DNA of 64,000 nucleotides, from IMG/VR virus record IMGVR_UViG_3300009285_007322; one strand, given 5' to 3'. The notes beneath the pieces are model-generated. The model saw only the letters and a program-made list of their open reading frames with translations, did not search any database and had not been told where the DNA came from. Both the position numbers and the translations under genes were made by a program. Numbering within the stretch: position 1 is the stretch's first letter; the number at the start of each line of letters is the position of its first letter. Shown here in pieces: positions 24,305-33,721 of this stretch. The stretch comes from a virus.

Positions 24305-25235
24305 CCATCACCTGTCCTTTCGGAAGTTCGACTTCGCCGGTTGCGGCCAGCTTGCCCATCCACCGGCGGAAGATATCCTTGACGCAAATACCAACAGTAC
24401 CGCTGCATCTCGGAACCAGTATGCGACCGCGGAGTCTCTGCATGAGTCTGGTCAGTCTTCCTTCCCTGCGACTGCACAGTTTGTCCGGACCTTCCATTGC
24501 TGGAAGCAGTCCGGCGGCGTGCATTCCTTCCAGCAGTTTTCTGGCGGAAGCCTTGTCCATATGCTGGGCACGCACGATACCGGAAAGCATATGCTCGGCT
24601 TTGTCCGGCCACACTTCTCCCATCGTTTCCAGCATGTACGGCATGAACAGCACATATTGAAGGATTACGTACGAAAGCATTGCTCCGAACACTGTAGACG
24701 CCTCTGCGAGCTCAGGTGTGGAGAACAGGTTCTCCGACGCAGCCACCATCGCTTCCCAAGCCCTATCCTGTTCTGTCAGACACAGGGTATACATCATCAC
24801 CACCCTGTACAGCGCAGAACCATCCTCGCTGTATTCCGGCTTGTGAAACATGGCCAGCTCGGCGGCCACCGGAATGCAGAAGCGCAGAATAGGAAGCATG
24901 TCCCTGGCGGCCGAGTAGGCCAGCCTGAATTTCCTGTCCTTGTCCGCGACTTCCGCAAATCCGGACAACATCGCCGAATATCGGCGAAGCATGAGCTGCT
25001 CTACCGAATCCAACTGCGCCATCACGGCTGCGCCCGGACCACCAGCGGAGCCCCTGTTGTCACATACCGCTGCACACATGCTACACACACTCCTTTTAGA
25101 TTGAGTCTGTATTTGCCGCTGCCACAGGTAAGGCACGTGCCCTTTTCCAGCATATTCGTGTGCCTGGATCTCGAACACTTGTCCGGGGAAGCTCCGCAGT
25201 CGAAGCACATCTCCCGTTCTGAGTTCCGTGGACAC
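24276..25235 (-). CDS. Hypothetical helical protein (start uncertain)
   Basis: Long ORF; the 5' end overlaps the upstream gene. Confidence 0.65.
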   Translation of the reverse strand: MSTELRTGDVLRLRSFPGQVFEIQAHEYAGKGHVPYLWQRQIQTQSKRSVCSMCAAVCDNRGSAGGPGAAVMAQLDSVEQLMLRRYSAMLSGFAEVADKDRKFRLAYSAARDMLPILRFCIPVAAELAMFHKPEYSEDGSALYRVVMMYTLCLTEQDRAWEAMVAASENLFSTPELAEASTVFGAMLSYVILQYVLFMPYMLETMGEVWPDKAEHMLSGIVRAQHMDKASARKLLEGMHAAGLLPAMEGPDKLCSRREGRLTRLMQRLRGRILVPRCSGTVGICVKDIFRRWMGKLAATGEVELPKGQVMDADRPSETP

Positions 25236-25879
25236 TTTCCGACATACTCATGCATCAGCCTGCGGTTTGCAGCACGCAAACCCGAGCACTCGAACACATT
25301 AGCCAAGGATGGATGTCCATGCTGATTCGCCGTCAATCCGACGGCAAGCCGCATTCGATGCAGATCGTACGGCCGGGGACGCGAACATGCCGCAACCAGT
25401 CGTATTCCGACAGCTTTGCGCAGAACACTTGCTGCCATACGCTCGCTGAGCCGCACACGCAGCTCCGTCCCGAAATCGGGACCGGCTTCCACCAGCATAG
25501 ACAGATTCCATCTGCAGCTGTCCGGCTCCGGCCCGCCGTTTCCCACCAGCACAGTCTGCGGAATATCCCTGTATCCGGCATCGGCCATAGAGCATGGAAG
25601 ATACCCGGAGGCCAATGCCGGAAGCCAGCCGCACACAGTGTGCTCAAGCAAACGCTTCAATATGGAATCGGCTGGCAGCCCAACATGCTTGGACACAAGA
25701 TCAGACCATATGTCTTCACCTATGCCGGTAGCCCTGGACAGGCAGCGACACAGTGCGGCAGCCTGTATATCCAGGAACGATGCCGTGCGTCCGATATCGC
25801 ACAGGCACACGGCATTAGATGCCAGAAGCATGTCATCGGGAACACGTCTCAGAGCCCTGACGCCGTCATGCACATTCAA
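25022..25879 (-). CDS. Hypothetical protein with Cys-rich C-terminus
   Basis: CFDC..CLTC..CVAC. Confidence 0.65.
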   Translation of the reverse strand: MNVHDGVRALRRVPDDMLLASNAVCLCDIGRTASFLDIQAAALCRCLSRATGIGEDIWSDLVSKHVGLPADSILKRLLEHTVCGWLPALASGYLPCSMADAGYRDIPQTVLVGNGGPEPDSCRWNLSMLVEAGPDFGTELRVRLSERMAASVLRKAVGIRLVAACSRPRPYDLHRMRLAVGLTANQHGHPSLANVFECSGLRAANRRLMHEYVGKCPRNSEREMCFDCGASPDKCSRSRHTNMLEKGTCLTCGSGKYRLNLKGVCVACVQRYVTTGAPLVVRAQP

Positions 25880-25883
25880 GTTC

Positions 25884-26744
25884 CTAATTCTCGACAGGCG
25901 TTGCGCCGACTGCGAACCTGGTCCTGATTTCGTTCAGCATCGTATCGATGCCATCGAACGGATAATCGCTCTTGCCGCACATCACATGAACAGCATTGGC
26001 CAGCGAAATGCTTTCAGAGATGGTTCCGTGCAACACAGTTTCAAGAGCCGACAACGCTTCAATGACATCCTGGTCATCGGAGCCGTCCGAGGTGAACAGG
26101 GCATCGGCGAAATCGGTGGTCAGCCTCTCGTTGAAAGCCTTGCTCTCGGCCGCGCAGTCCCTGGACAGCTTAGCCACCTTCTTCCGGGCCTTGTCCAGAT
26201 GCTGCTTCAGCTCGCCGGGTTCGCCAGGTTCCCCGGAACCTGATCCTTCTCCGGTTCCCTCGACCAGTTCGCCATCCTCGCCGATCAGCACGCTCATCGG
26301 AGTGCCTGCGCGCAGTTTCAGCGCGATGTCTCGCACTTCCAAATCAGTGTACCGATCCTCCAGGAAACGCTGCAAAAGCATCTCTCGAAACGGTTCTGCA
26401 TTATCTGACGCCAATTCACGAACAGTACTCCACTGCATACCCTTACTGCACACAGCGCGCAGGTCTCCGATCTCGAAGGCTTCGAACACTTGCCGGCAGT
26501 AGCGCAGGAGACGTTCCTTGATACCTGTTTCACGGGAAGCCGCCTCTGCAGGTTTCTCGATTTCGAACGATGCCTTCATCTTGGCAAGCACAGCTCCCGC
26601 CTGCCAGTAGGTAATGGTGTTCACAGTTTCAAGCTGTGTCTGGACTGTGCGCAGATATGCGTACAGCCCCTCCAGTGTGTCAGGAAGCACCAGGTCCTTC
26701 TTGGAGACAAGCAGATTTTCCGCGATCACAAGATCAGCCGCCAT
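25884..26744 (-). CDS. Hypothetical protein (286 aa), possible DNA-binding plus coiled coil
   Basis: ATG at 26744 with GAGG upstream. Confidence 0.75.
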   Translation of the reverse strand: MAADLVIAENLLVSKKDLVLPDTLEGLYAYLRTVQTQLETVNTITYWQAGAVLAKMKASFEIEKPAEAASRETGIKERLLRYCRQVFEAFEIGDLRAVCSKGMQWSTVRELASDNAEPFREMLLQRFLEDRYTDLEVRDIALKLRAGTPMSVLIGEDGELVEGTGEGSGSGEPGEPGELKQHLDKARKKVAKLSRDCAAESKAFNERLTTDFADALFTSDGSDDQDVIEALSALETVLHGTISESISLANAVHVMCGKSDYPFDGIDTMLNEIRTRFAVGATPVEN

Positions 26745-27157
26745 ACATCCTCGCTTTCTTTCAGTTCCTTCAGCGGACAGACGAAGTACGTCGTGTCTTC
26801 GACTGTAACGCTGACACACACTTCAGACATGACTGTGGAAGTAAGAGCCACAAACCAGTCGCATTTGGGGAGCATCGTGCGAAACAGCGCCAGACCATTT
26901 TTCTTCGCGTGTCTCAGCAGCAAGGCTGGCAACTTGCCTGTCAGAATGTTGGAACCCTGAAGCCTTCCAGGATGCACATAGATGTCCGCAAGATCATCGG
27001 AAGCTTCCCGGAGCCTGCGCTGCAGGTTCAGCTTCATGGAATCTACCGACAGTTTCTTTGCCTCTGTACCAGCCGCCTCGGCCAACTTACGGAATCTTAC
27101 AGCCCCCCTGCGCAGTGCTTCCAGGTCGGACGCTGTGACCTGTCCTATATCGTTCAA
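26726..27157 (-). CDS. Hypothetical protein (143 aa)
   Basis: Coupled to the RecA-like gene. Confidence 0.7.
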   Translation of the reverse strand: MNDIGQVTASDLEALRRGAVRFRKLAEAAGTEAKKLSVDSMKLNLQRRLREASDDLADIYVHPGRLQGSNILTGKLPALLLRHAKKNGLALFRTMLPKCDWFVALTSTVMSEVCVSVTVEDTTYFVCPLKELKESEDVWRLIL

Positions 27158-28578
27158 TCCGACTCTCCTGCCAGCGACACTTCCTGAACGTCGTCCTCGG
27201 ATTCGTCATCTTCCAGAGACTTGGCAGCCGCAGCTTTGCGCTCTGCGTCGTCTTCTGCAGCCATCTTCACCAACGCTGAACGGTGAATCTGCAGGATATC
27301 GTCTTCGGACCGACTGGCCCACTCGTCATCTTCTTCGGGTCCGAGCCACAAGCCTCCGGACAGCGACAGCGGTACTCTATACGGAGTAGCGAACACCGGC
27401 TCTGCATTCAGGTTGACCCGCTCCCGAAGCAGATCACGCAGGGCCACATCGGCCAGAAGCGCCGGCCCTGCTTCCTTGTGACTGGCTTTCGTGCACTTGT
27501 ATTTCTCCAGCCACTCCGAGTCGGTTCCGCTACGGCCGGCTTTCTTGACCGAGAACGTAAGCTGGTCCTTCTCCACTTTGAAAATCCCTTCCAGGCAGGA
27601 TGCTGCCTTGTCTGAAAGGTCGGCCAGCAGTTGTAGCATGGAATACTGCCACTGGAAGCTGTAGCTGCGGAACGGCAGGCCGTTGGCTGTCACGTCGCAC
27701 GGCACTACCAATGAAATGTCGCGCTGGGTGTTGTTGGACTGTTTCTCCTGCGACACCCGGATCAGCGGCAAACGCTCGTCCCTGTATTTCCAATACGCGT
27801 ACTTTTCCATACGCAGCGCCACAGACTTGGCGTATCCAGAGAACGACCCGCCTGTAGCCTTGCGTTCTTGGCTTTCCAGCAGATTGCGTTCCTGCTGCAG
27901 ACCAACAATGGTCAGAGGAAGTTCAGGCAGGAACAACGAGATGGCCTGCTGCAGCGCCATCTGCTGGATGTACGTGGCCTTGGCTGTGGAGAAACCTGGA
28001 TCGGCCTTGCCTTGCTTCATATCGCTGATGTGCTTGGCACCCAGTGCCGAACCCAAGGTATCTATCCCGATCAAGATAGGCCGACCCTTCATTGCCTTGT
28101 CGTTGCGGAGGGCACTCAGCACGCTCTGCAGCTGTACTGAAAAGCACTCCACCACGGTCGACGGATACACGTATACCCGGTTGCGGTAGGCAATCGGATT
28201 TCCGATGTAGGCCTGAGCCGTGCGGGGCTCGTGCTTGTTCTCCAGATCGAAGTAGATGACCAGTCCCCCGCACGACAGGAACGCACGAGCCATGAACCAG
28301 AACATACTGCTCTTGGCAGACGCAGTAGTGCCCTGGATGGTGATGATTCTGTGCAGCGGAATGCCTGTCTGTCCCAGGATGTACTCGAACGGGAAGCAGT
28401 CCACCGGAATCACATGTGTCTGCGTGATTCCGGAGTCACGCACAGCGTGCCCGGACATCGCATTGGCGATTGAAGCCGGGATGTTCTGCTTGATCAGCTT
28501 CTTCGCCAGGCTCTTGCTGCTGCTGGCTATCAAATTACGCAGGATCGGTTCTGCTGTCATCGGTTCCTTTCTTGTCAA
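27154..28578 (-). CDS. recA: RecA/UvsX-like recombinase
   Basis: GIPLHRIITIQGTTASAKSS (Walker A variant); IYFDLENK; LIGIDTLGS (Walker B); GGSFSGYAKSVALRM resembles RecA GGxAxxFYASVRL. Confidence 0.75.
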   Translation of the reverse strand: MTRKEPMTAEPILRNLIASSSKSLAKKLIKQNIPASIANAMSGHAVRDSGITQTHVIPVDCFPFEYILGQTGIPLHRIITIQGTTASAKSSMFWFMARAFLSCGGLVIYFDLENKHEPRTAQAYIGNPIAYRNRVYVYPSTVVECFSVQLQSVLSALRNDKAMKGRPILIGIDTLGSALGAKHISDMKQGKADPGFSTAKATYIQQMALQQAISLFLPELPLTIVGLQQERNLLESQERKATGGSFSGYAKSVALRMEKYAYWKYRDERLPLIRVSQEKQSNNTQRDISLVVPCDVTANGLPFRSYSFQWQYSMLQLLADLSDKAASCLEGIFKVEKDQLTFSVKKAGRSGTDSEWLEKYKCTKASHKEAGPALLADVALRDLLRERVNLNAEPVFATPYRVPLSLSGGLWLGPEEDDEWASRSEDDILQIHRSALVKMAAEDDAERKAAAAKSLEDDESEDDVQEVSLAGESD

Positions 28579-28643
28579 ACTGTATATACTTGCGCATAAG
28601 TGTATGCGGACAAACTCCTACATATCCGTGCATGAGTGCAGAG

Positions 28644-28677
28644 GAAACTGTCCGGCACAGATGTGCCGGACAGTTCC
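28644..28677 (-). terminator. 13 bp perfect hairpin after the YubB-like gene; probable terminator
   Basis: AACTGTCCGGCAC (28646-28658) and GTGCCGGACAGTT (28663-28675), 4 nt loop. Confidence 0.6.
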
Positions 28678-28685
28678 GTTGCCGT

Positions 28686-29243
28686 TTACCCGCCTCTACA
28701 GCCTCTGTAGTCGTCTACCTTCCACTCCCTGGATACGGTTCCGGCTGTCCAGGGCACGGACTCGTCGTACCAATCCTCGGCAGACAGACAGGAGAATCCG
28801 CCTGCGAACCCCATCCCGCCCTCAAAGTACTCCAGATGCAAAGTACACTTGGGAAACCGTCGATGGAGCTCTGGGATCACCGGACAAGGCGGCTGCCACG
28901 CTGTCCGGAACGAGACGCACACCAGGCCATCTACATCCCTGCGTACTACGTTATACGCTCCCCACTTGGTCCCCCAGTGATCAATGCACCACTCGTGCCC
29001 TCCGCTATTGAACCCGTCTTTGGCATCGGGCCCATACTTCTTGTGAAACGCTTCGTATCCAAGCGCAATGTACTCGTTGTCTAGATCCGCATACGCTTTT
29101 GGATACGGGATGACTACTGAAAAGTCAAATGCCGGTTCAGACGAAGCCGCTCCGATGGCAGTCAAAAGCGCAGCTACTTCCTCTTCCGGCCCGGTCACAT
29201 ACAAATCGTTGCAACAGTGATTAGGCATTGTATCCCCGGTCAC
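28686..29243 (-). CDS. DUF1281 / YubB ferredoxin-like domain protein
   Basis: MPNHC.N.L..FDF..IP.P..WCIDHWGTKW..F.TAW.PP..RFP..L.Y.E.GMGF.G. Confidence 0.85.
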   Translation of the reverse strand: MTGDTMPNHCCNDLYVTGPEEEVAALLTAIGAASSEPAFDFSVVIPYPKAYADLDNEYIALGYEAFHKKYGPDAKDGFNSGGHEWCIDHWGTKWGAYNVVRRDVDGLVCVSFRTAWQPPCPVIPELHRRFPKCTLHLEYFEGGMGFAGGFSCLSAEDWYDESVPWTAGTVSREWKVDDYRGCRGG

Positions 29244-30610
29244 CCCAGATCAACAGTCGGAAGATCAGCAACATCAACAGCAGCCGCCGGATCAAACAGA
29301 TGTGCTTCCTGCGTCTCTCCCAGATGAGGAAGCTGTTCCATCTCCGGCGGAACAGCAGACACTGGAGTCACAGCCGGCTTCGGAAAAGCAGACAGCGGAA
29401 CAGAACGCAACTGTGTCCCTTGTGGGCGTACCGTGGACGGAGGCCTGGGAGGGACCGGTCCGCGGTTGACCGTAGACGGCAGAGCTGCTGGCGCTTTCGG
29501 AGCCTGACTGGGCATAGCCGAGAACGAAGGCGGAATGCGTTGCGGAGCGCCTGCCTGATTCGGAACAGTGGATTGTGTTCTGCCCGTTGTGGGAAGACCA
29601 GGCGCCCTGGATGGAGCAGCCGGAGCCGGAACAGGCGCTGCTTCCTCGGCCTGTTGATTGCCTTCGAACAGCGTCACAGCCTTGCCCAGATCGATCTGGG
29701 TTGGAGTAAGCATCGGTTCGAAGTTGGATCCAATCAGGCCAAAGCCGATGAGCTCGTCCGTGAGAATTGTGCTCAAGGCCTGCATGACCTCGGTATGCGT
29801 CGGGATCTTGTAGATAGCATTCTCTGCGTCTCCAGACCACGGACGCCACTGCGAAGCAGACCACTCGGTATCCAACGCAAGAGGCTCTCCGAGCTGAACG
29901 GTGTAGGCAGGAGTGGCTGAACCGACATCGCGGCTCAGTACGATCAAACTGCCTCCAGCGCAGCTCACATAATCACCGAACTGAGACTGTTCGAGCGAAT
30001 ACGCGCGCTTGTCACCGCTGGCAGGAACCACGCGCGCCGCAAACAACTTCTCGCGCAACTTGCGCATGGCGCTGGAGGTCATGTTCACTACGCAGTACCG
30101 GAACGGATTGCCGTCGCGATCCCGCACAGGCTGCCCGCCAAGATGGTACAGCAGAGACTGCACCAGGGTCATTGTTGTGACCGAAATCCAGGACTGTCCA
30201 AATTTATTGGGCAGGAAATCCGTCCGGAGCCCGGTGTACCCCTTGCCCTGCATCTCCTTGCATTTGCGTACCATGGTCGAAATACGATGGGCAACGGAGA
30301 CCGCAGGCGATGGAACTGCAGCTTCATCTGGCTCGCCTTCCTCTTTGGACATCGAACTCAGCATGTGAACTGCATTGCCGGTGAAGATCTGTACGGCATC
30401 CAGCTCGTAGTGCTGATCGCCCATGCGTGCCGAGTTGTCGGGCAGATCGCTCTCGAAATCTACCCACGGACACTCCGCACCATTCTCGAACGCCGGCAGG
30501 ACACGGAGCATCATGTCTCCCTTGTCCGACGGCTTGTACAGGGGAACCTTGCCGGTGATCTGGTTCACGGGACCACTGTACGAACTACCGACACTTGGAC
30601 CGCGCTTCAT
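29240..30610 (-). CDS. Probable single-stranded DNA-binding protein (gp32-like)
   Basis: MLRVLPAF N-terminal pattern, Pro-rich linker, acidic tail; lies between the polymerase and recombinase genes. Inference. Confidence 0.45.
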   Translation of the reverse strand: MKRGPSVGSSYSGPVNQITGKVPLYKPSDKGDMMLRVLPAFENGAECPWVDFESDLPDNSARMGDQHYELDAVQIFTGNAVHMLSSMSKEEGEPDEAAVPSPAVSVAHRISTMVRKCKEMQGKGYTGLRTDFLPNKFGQSWISVTTMTLVQSLLYHLGGQPVRDRDGNPFRYCVVNMTSSAMRKLREKLFAARVVPASGDKRAYSLEQSQFGDYVSCAGGSLIVLSRDVGSATPAYTVQLGEPLALDTEWSASQWRPWSGDAENAIYKIPTHTEVMQALSTILTDELIGFGLIGSNFEPMLTPTQIDLGKAVTLFEGNQQAEEAAPVPAPAAPSRAPGLPTTGRTQSTVPNQAGAPQRIPPSFSAMPSQAPKAPAALPSTVNRGPVPPRPPSTVRPQGTQLRSVPLSAFPKPAVTPVSAVPPEMEQLPHLGETQEAHLFDPAAAVDVADLPTVDLG

Positions 30611-30906
30611 TCTTTCACTTCTCCTTTGGTCTTCGTTTCAGGCAGAGCATATGCGCTCAGCCACTTATGGAATGTAGGAACAAGTACGCCACCCGACACA
30701 AAACTCGACACATACAATCTGTACATGCAAGATGCGTGTCTTATCACAGCTTCTCTAAGGGTCTCACCCCTGGTGCGCAGCTCGCCGTCTGAGCACACCC
30801 ACATGTACTGCCACTCGACCCTTCCATCCAGTTTCCAGCGAGTATCGTCGGGCTTGACTTTGCAGTTGCATCCATAGATGTAGTCCAACACTTCAGAATC
30901 GGACAT
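30607..30906 (-). CDS. Hypothetical protein (99 aa)
   Basis: ATG at 30906; stop overlaps the next start. Confidence 0.5.
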   Translation of the reverse strand: MSDSEVLDYIYGCNCKVKPDDTRWKLDGRVEWQYMWVCSDGELRTRGETLREAVIRHASCMYRLYVSSFVSGGVLVPTFHKWLSAYALPETKTKGEVKE

Positions 30907-30919
30907 CTCCTGCAAACCG

Positions 30920-33034
30920 TCAGGCTGCTTTGGCTGCGGCAGCTTTGGCTGCCTTTTCCGCTTCGGCACGTTCTTTAAGCTCCTTCGCTCTTTCAGGAGT
31001 CCACACCATAAGGCATCCATCGTCATCAGTCAAGCGCTCAGCCTCCTTGTACCACCTGGCCATTAGCACACTCGACGCCTTGATCTTCACATCGGGAAGA
31101 ACACGGTGCATGCTGGTACACAGGACATCCTCCACGTGCGCCGCAAACTCAGTGTGCTGTACCGGAGTCCACAGAAGCGGAACCTCCTGTATCACCTCGT
31201 CATGAATGAAGTCCACGGTACGCCATCCCTCCACGTAGCCTTCCCACAGCCCCACCTTGGCTCCGTCGGCCGACGGACCCTGGAACTGCATGTTGGTGGC
31301 TGCGCAGTAGGTGCAGTTGCGTTTCAGGCGTCCGGACACCAGCCGGCACTCGTACGCCGACACCTCGGACTGAGCTTTGAAGATGTCATCAGGCTCCCAT
31401 CCTTCGATGGACAGGAAAGACGCCAGGTCGGACAGCGTGCGCACTTTGGGATCCTGCATCTTGTGCCTGGACAGCCACATGGCGATATTGCGGCTGGTCC
31501 AGTACTCGTCGACACGGGGTTGCAGGTGCTGCTTCATTTCCGGGAAGGACTCTGTCCACAGCTCTTTCAGCTCCTTGGCGTCATCGATAGATATGCTTAC
31601 TTTGTAGTTTCTTGCATACGCTACAAAGGTTGCAGCCCCAAGACCACCTGGAAACCCGAATAGAGCCGCTTTAGCCCGCTGGCGAAACGCTTTTCTTTCT
31701 TCATTGTCTTTGTCGTTCGGATCAAAATACTTGCCCACTTTTGTAGCAAGGATGTCTCCGAACCAGTAGTGCAGGTCCACGCCTTCGTTGATCAGCTCGC
31801 GCATCTTCGACCTGCCGAACCTGCTCCAGCACGACTGTGCCAGAGCACACAGCTCCAGCTGCGCGAAGTCGGTAGCCAGGAACAGGTACCCGTCCTCGGG
31901 GATGTAAATCCCGCGGAGTCCTCCGTCCTTCGGCATGTTCTGGATATTGGGATCGCTGCACGACGTGCGTCCGGTCTTCATCAGCGGAGAGAACCTGGGA
32001 TGTACCCGGCCATCCGGGCCGACCTTGGCCGGGTTGAGGTAGGTCTTGCGCATTTTCCTGGCATGCTCGTAATCGCGCGAGATCCTGAGCCAGTTCGGCA
32101 CAGGTATGCCGCGCACGATCAGTGCCAGGTCCAGTGTCTTCTTCTCTGTACTGATGGCCTTGCTGGGGGTCTTGGGCAGCCTGACGTCGTACTGCTCTTC
32201 GAGAGCATGAAGCAGTTCCTGCTTCCGCAGCAGCACTCCAGGAGGAGAAGACGATCCTTCGATATTGGGATCGCCCGGTGCTATGCCAAACACCTGCAGC
32301 AGCATGTACAGCCGCCGCTGCTCCTTTACGAACACCTCCGACAGTTCCTTGAACCTGTCCATATCCACGCGCATACCGCGCGCGGATATGTCTGACAGCG
32401 CGAAGTAGCCGCAGGTGTTGATATCCTCGGTCGGGTACGGCTCCGGTATCTTCGCCCAATCCTCGACTGTGGCTATGACATCGTACGAGCCGTACCAGAC
32501 CTGGTCCATAGAGAGTTGCTTGTCCTGGCGGAAGCTCAGGGACAAACCCTTGTCCTTCTCCATCTCCCAGCCCACCTGCCTGCGGGTGAGCTCCGCAAGG
32601 TTCATCTTGCCCAAGTACGTGCCCTCCTGCAAGCTGTGCAGGATGCCTCGGATCTCCATGTCGACCAGTCGGTTTTCCGCCATCACCTTGGTCAGCGGAC
32701 CGTACGGCCATCCGAGTACGCGGCAGTCGAAGGGAGCGTTGAAGAACACCCACACGGTAGAAGGGTAGTTCGTGTCGATGTAGTCCAGCGCCTCGGAGAA
32801 ATGGCGCCAGTGAACGAACAGGATCTCGTCCGACATGTCCCCCGAAATCTGGAGCATGACCGGGCGTATGGGCACTCCCTTCTCCAGCGGCTCCGTCTCG
32901 GTGTCGAGTCCCAGAGCCCTGCAGGATGCGAATGGCATTGGATCGCCAGGCAGCCACTGCCTGGCACGCCAGAACCTTCCGCCAGGACCCTGCACCTGGA
33001 CCTCTCCTGGAAAGAGACAGACCGGATAAGACAT
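30920..33034 (-). CDS. polA: Family A DNA polymerase with 3'-5' exonuclease domain
   Basis: ExoI LDTET, ExoII FNAPFD, ExoIII YGSYDV; TGRTSCSDPNIQNMP; motif A DFAQLEL; motif B RQRAKAALFGFPGG (Phe at the 762-equivalent position); motif C IHDEV. Confidence 0.95.
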   Translation of the reverse strand: MSYPVCLFPGEVQVQGPGGRFWRARQWLPGDPMPFASCRALGLDTETEPLEKGVPIRPVMLQISGDMSDEILFVHWRHFSEALDYIDTNYPSTVWVFFNAPFDCRVLGWPYGPLTKVMAENRLVDMEIRGILHSLQEGTYLGKMNLAELTRRQVGWEMEKDKGLSLSFRQDKQLSMDQVWYGSYDVIATVEDWAKIPEPYPTEDINTCGYFALSDISARGMRVDMDRFKELSEVFVKEQRRLYMLLQVFGIAPGDPNIEGSSSPPGVLLRKQELLHALEEQYDVRLPKTPSKAISTEKKTLDLALIVRGIPVPNWLRISRDYEHARKMRKTYLNPAKVGPDGRVHPRFSPLMKTGRTSCSDPNIQNMPKDGGLRGIYIPEDGYLFLATDFAQLELCALAQSCWSRFGRSKMRELINEGVDLHYWFGDILATKVGKYFDPNDKDNEERKAFRQRAKAALFGFPGGLGAATFVAYARNYKVSISIDDAKELKELWTESFPEMKQHLQPRVDEYWTSRNIAMWLSRHKMQDPKVRTLSDLASFLSIEGWEPDDIFKAQSEVSAYECRLVSGRLKRNCTYCAATNMQFQGPSADGAKVGLWEGYVEGWRTVDFIHDEVIQEVPLLWTPVQHTEFAAHVEDVLCTSMHRVLPDVKIKASSVLMARWYKEAERLTDDDGCLMVWTPERAKELKERAEAEKAAKAAAAKAA

Positions 33035-33046
33035 GTTTTTCCTAGA

Positions 33047-33721
33047 TCAAGAGTTTGCCTTGGTTTCCGGCAGATCAGTACGGCAAAGCGCAGCAGCTTC
33101 GGACACATCTGCCATGAATTTGTTCAGCAGCTGCTCTACTACAACAGCTGGTCCATGGAACTTGGATTCGTGTCCGGCTAGCGCATCTGCCACCTTATCA
33201 ATTTTGTCCTCTAGGTCATGAATCGAAATACGCATACTGGAGAATCGTGTCGTAAGTTGAGCGTTAAACGCGGCATATGCATCGTCCTGCTTCTTCTCAA
33301 TCAGTTCAAGCGCGTTGTTGGAACACAGCTCCAGACGTGACACGTCTGCCCTAAGCGCATTTAGCTGTGTAGTCACACCGCTGTCACAGCCTTGGGGATT
33401 CCCGGTCGTCTTGGGCTTCGCCGGCCGTACGGCATACATCTTACCGATCTTCCATCCATGGCGTTTTGCCAGGTACGCCACATTGTTCTGCGTGACCTTG
33501 GTTTCAAAAAATACAGAGGCCTTCTCAGCCAGCTGAGCCTGCGTAACTGAAGTCCACAGATTCCGGCAAGCCTCGAGAAATTTCTCCAGCCGCTGCGTCA
33601 GATCGTCCGACAGGCGATTGAGCGTAATTTTCTTCTTTTCCGGAACCTCAGATGCTGCAGTTTGTTCCTGCTGGATAGGTTCAGTATGTTCGTCCATCGT
33701 TCTCTTTCCTTCATTCGTCAT
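33047..33721 (-). CDS. Hypothetical protein, possible HTH plus coiled coil
   Basis: ORF in the operon direction. Confidence 0.75.
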   Translation of the reverse strand: MTNEGKRTMDEHTEPIQQEQTAASEVPEKKKITLNRLSDDLTQRLEKFLEACRNLWTSVTQAQLAEKASVFFETKVTQNNVAYLAKRHGWKIGKMYAVRPAKPKTTGNPQGCDSGVTTQLNALRADVSRLELCSNNALELIEKKQDDAYAAFNAQLTTRFSSMRISIHDLEDKIDKVADALAGHESKFHGPAVVVEQLLNKFMADVSEAAALCRTDLPETKANS

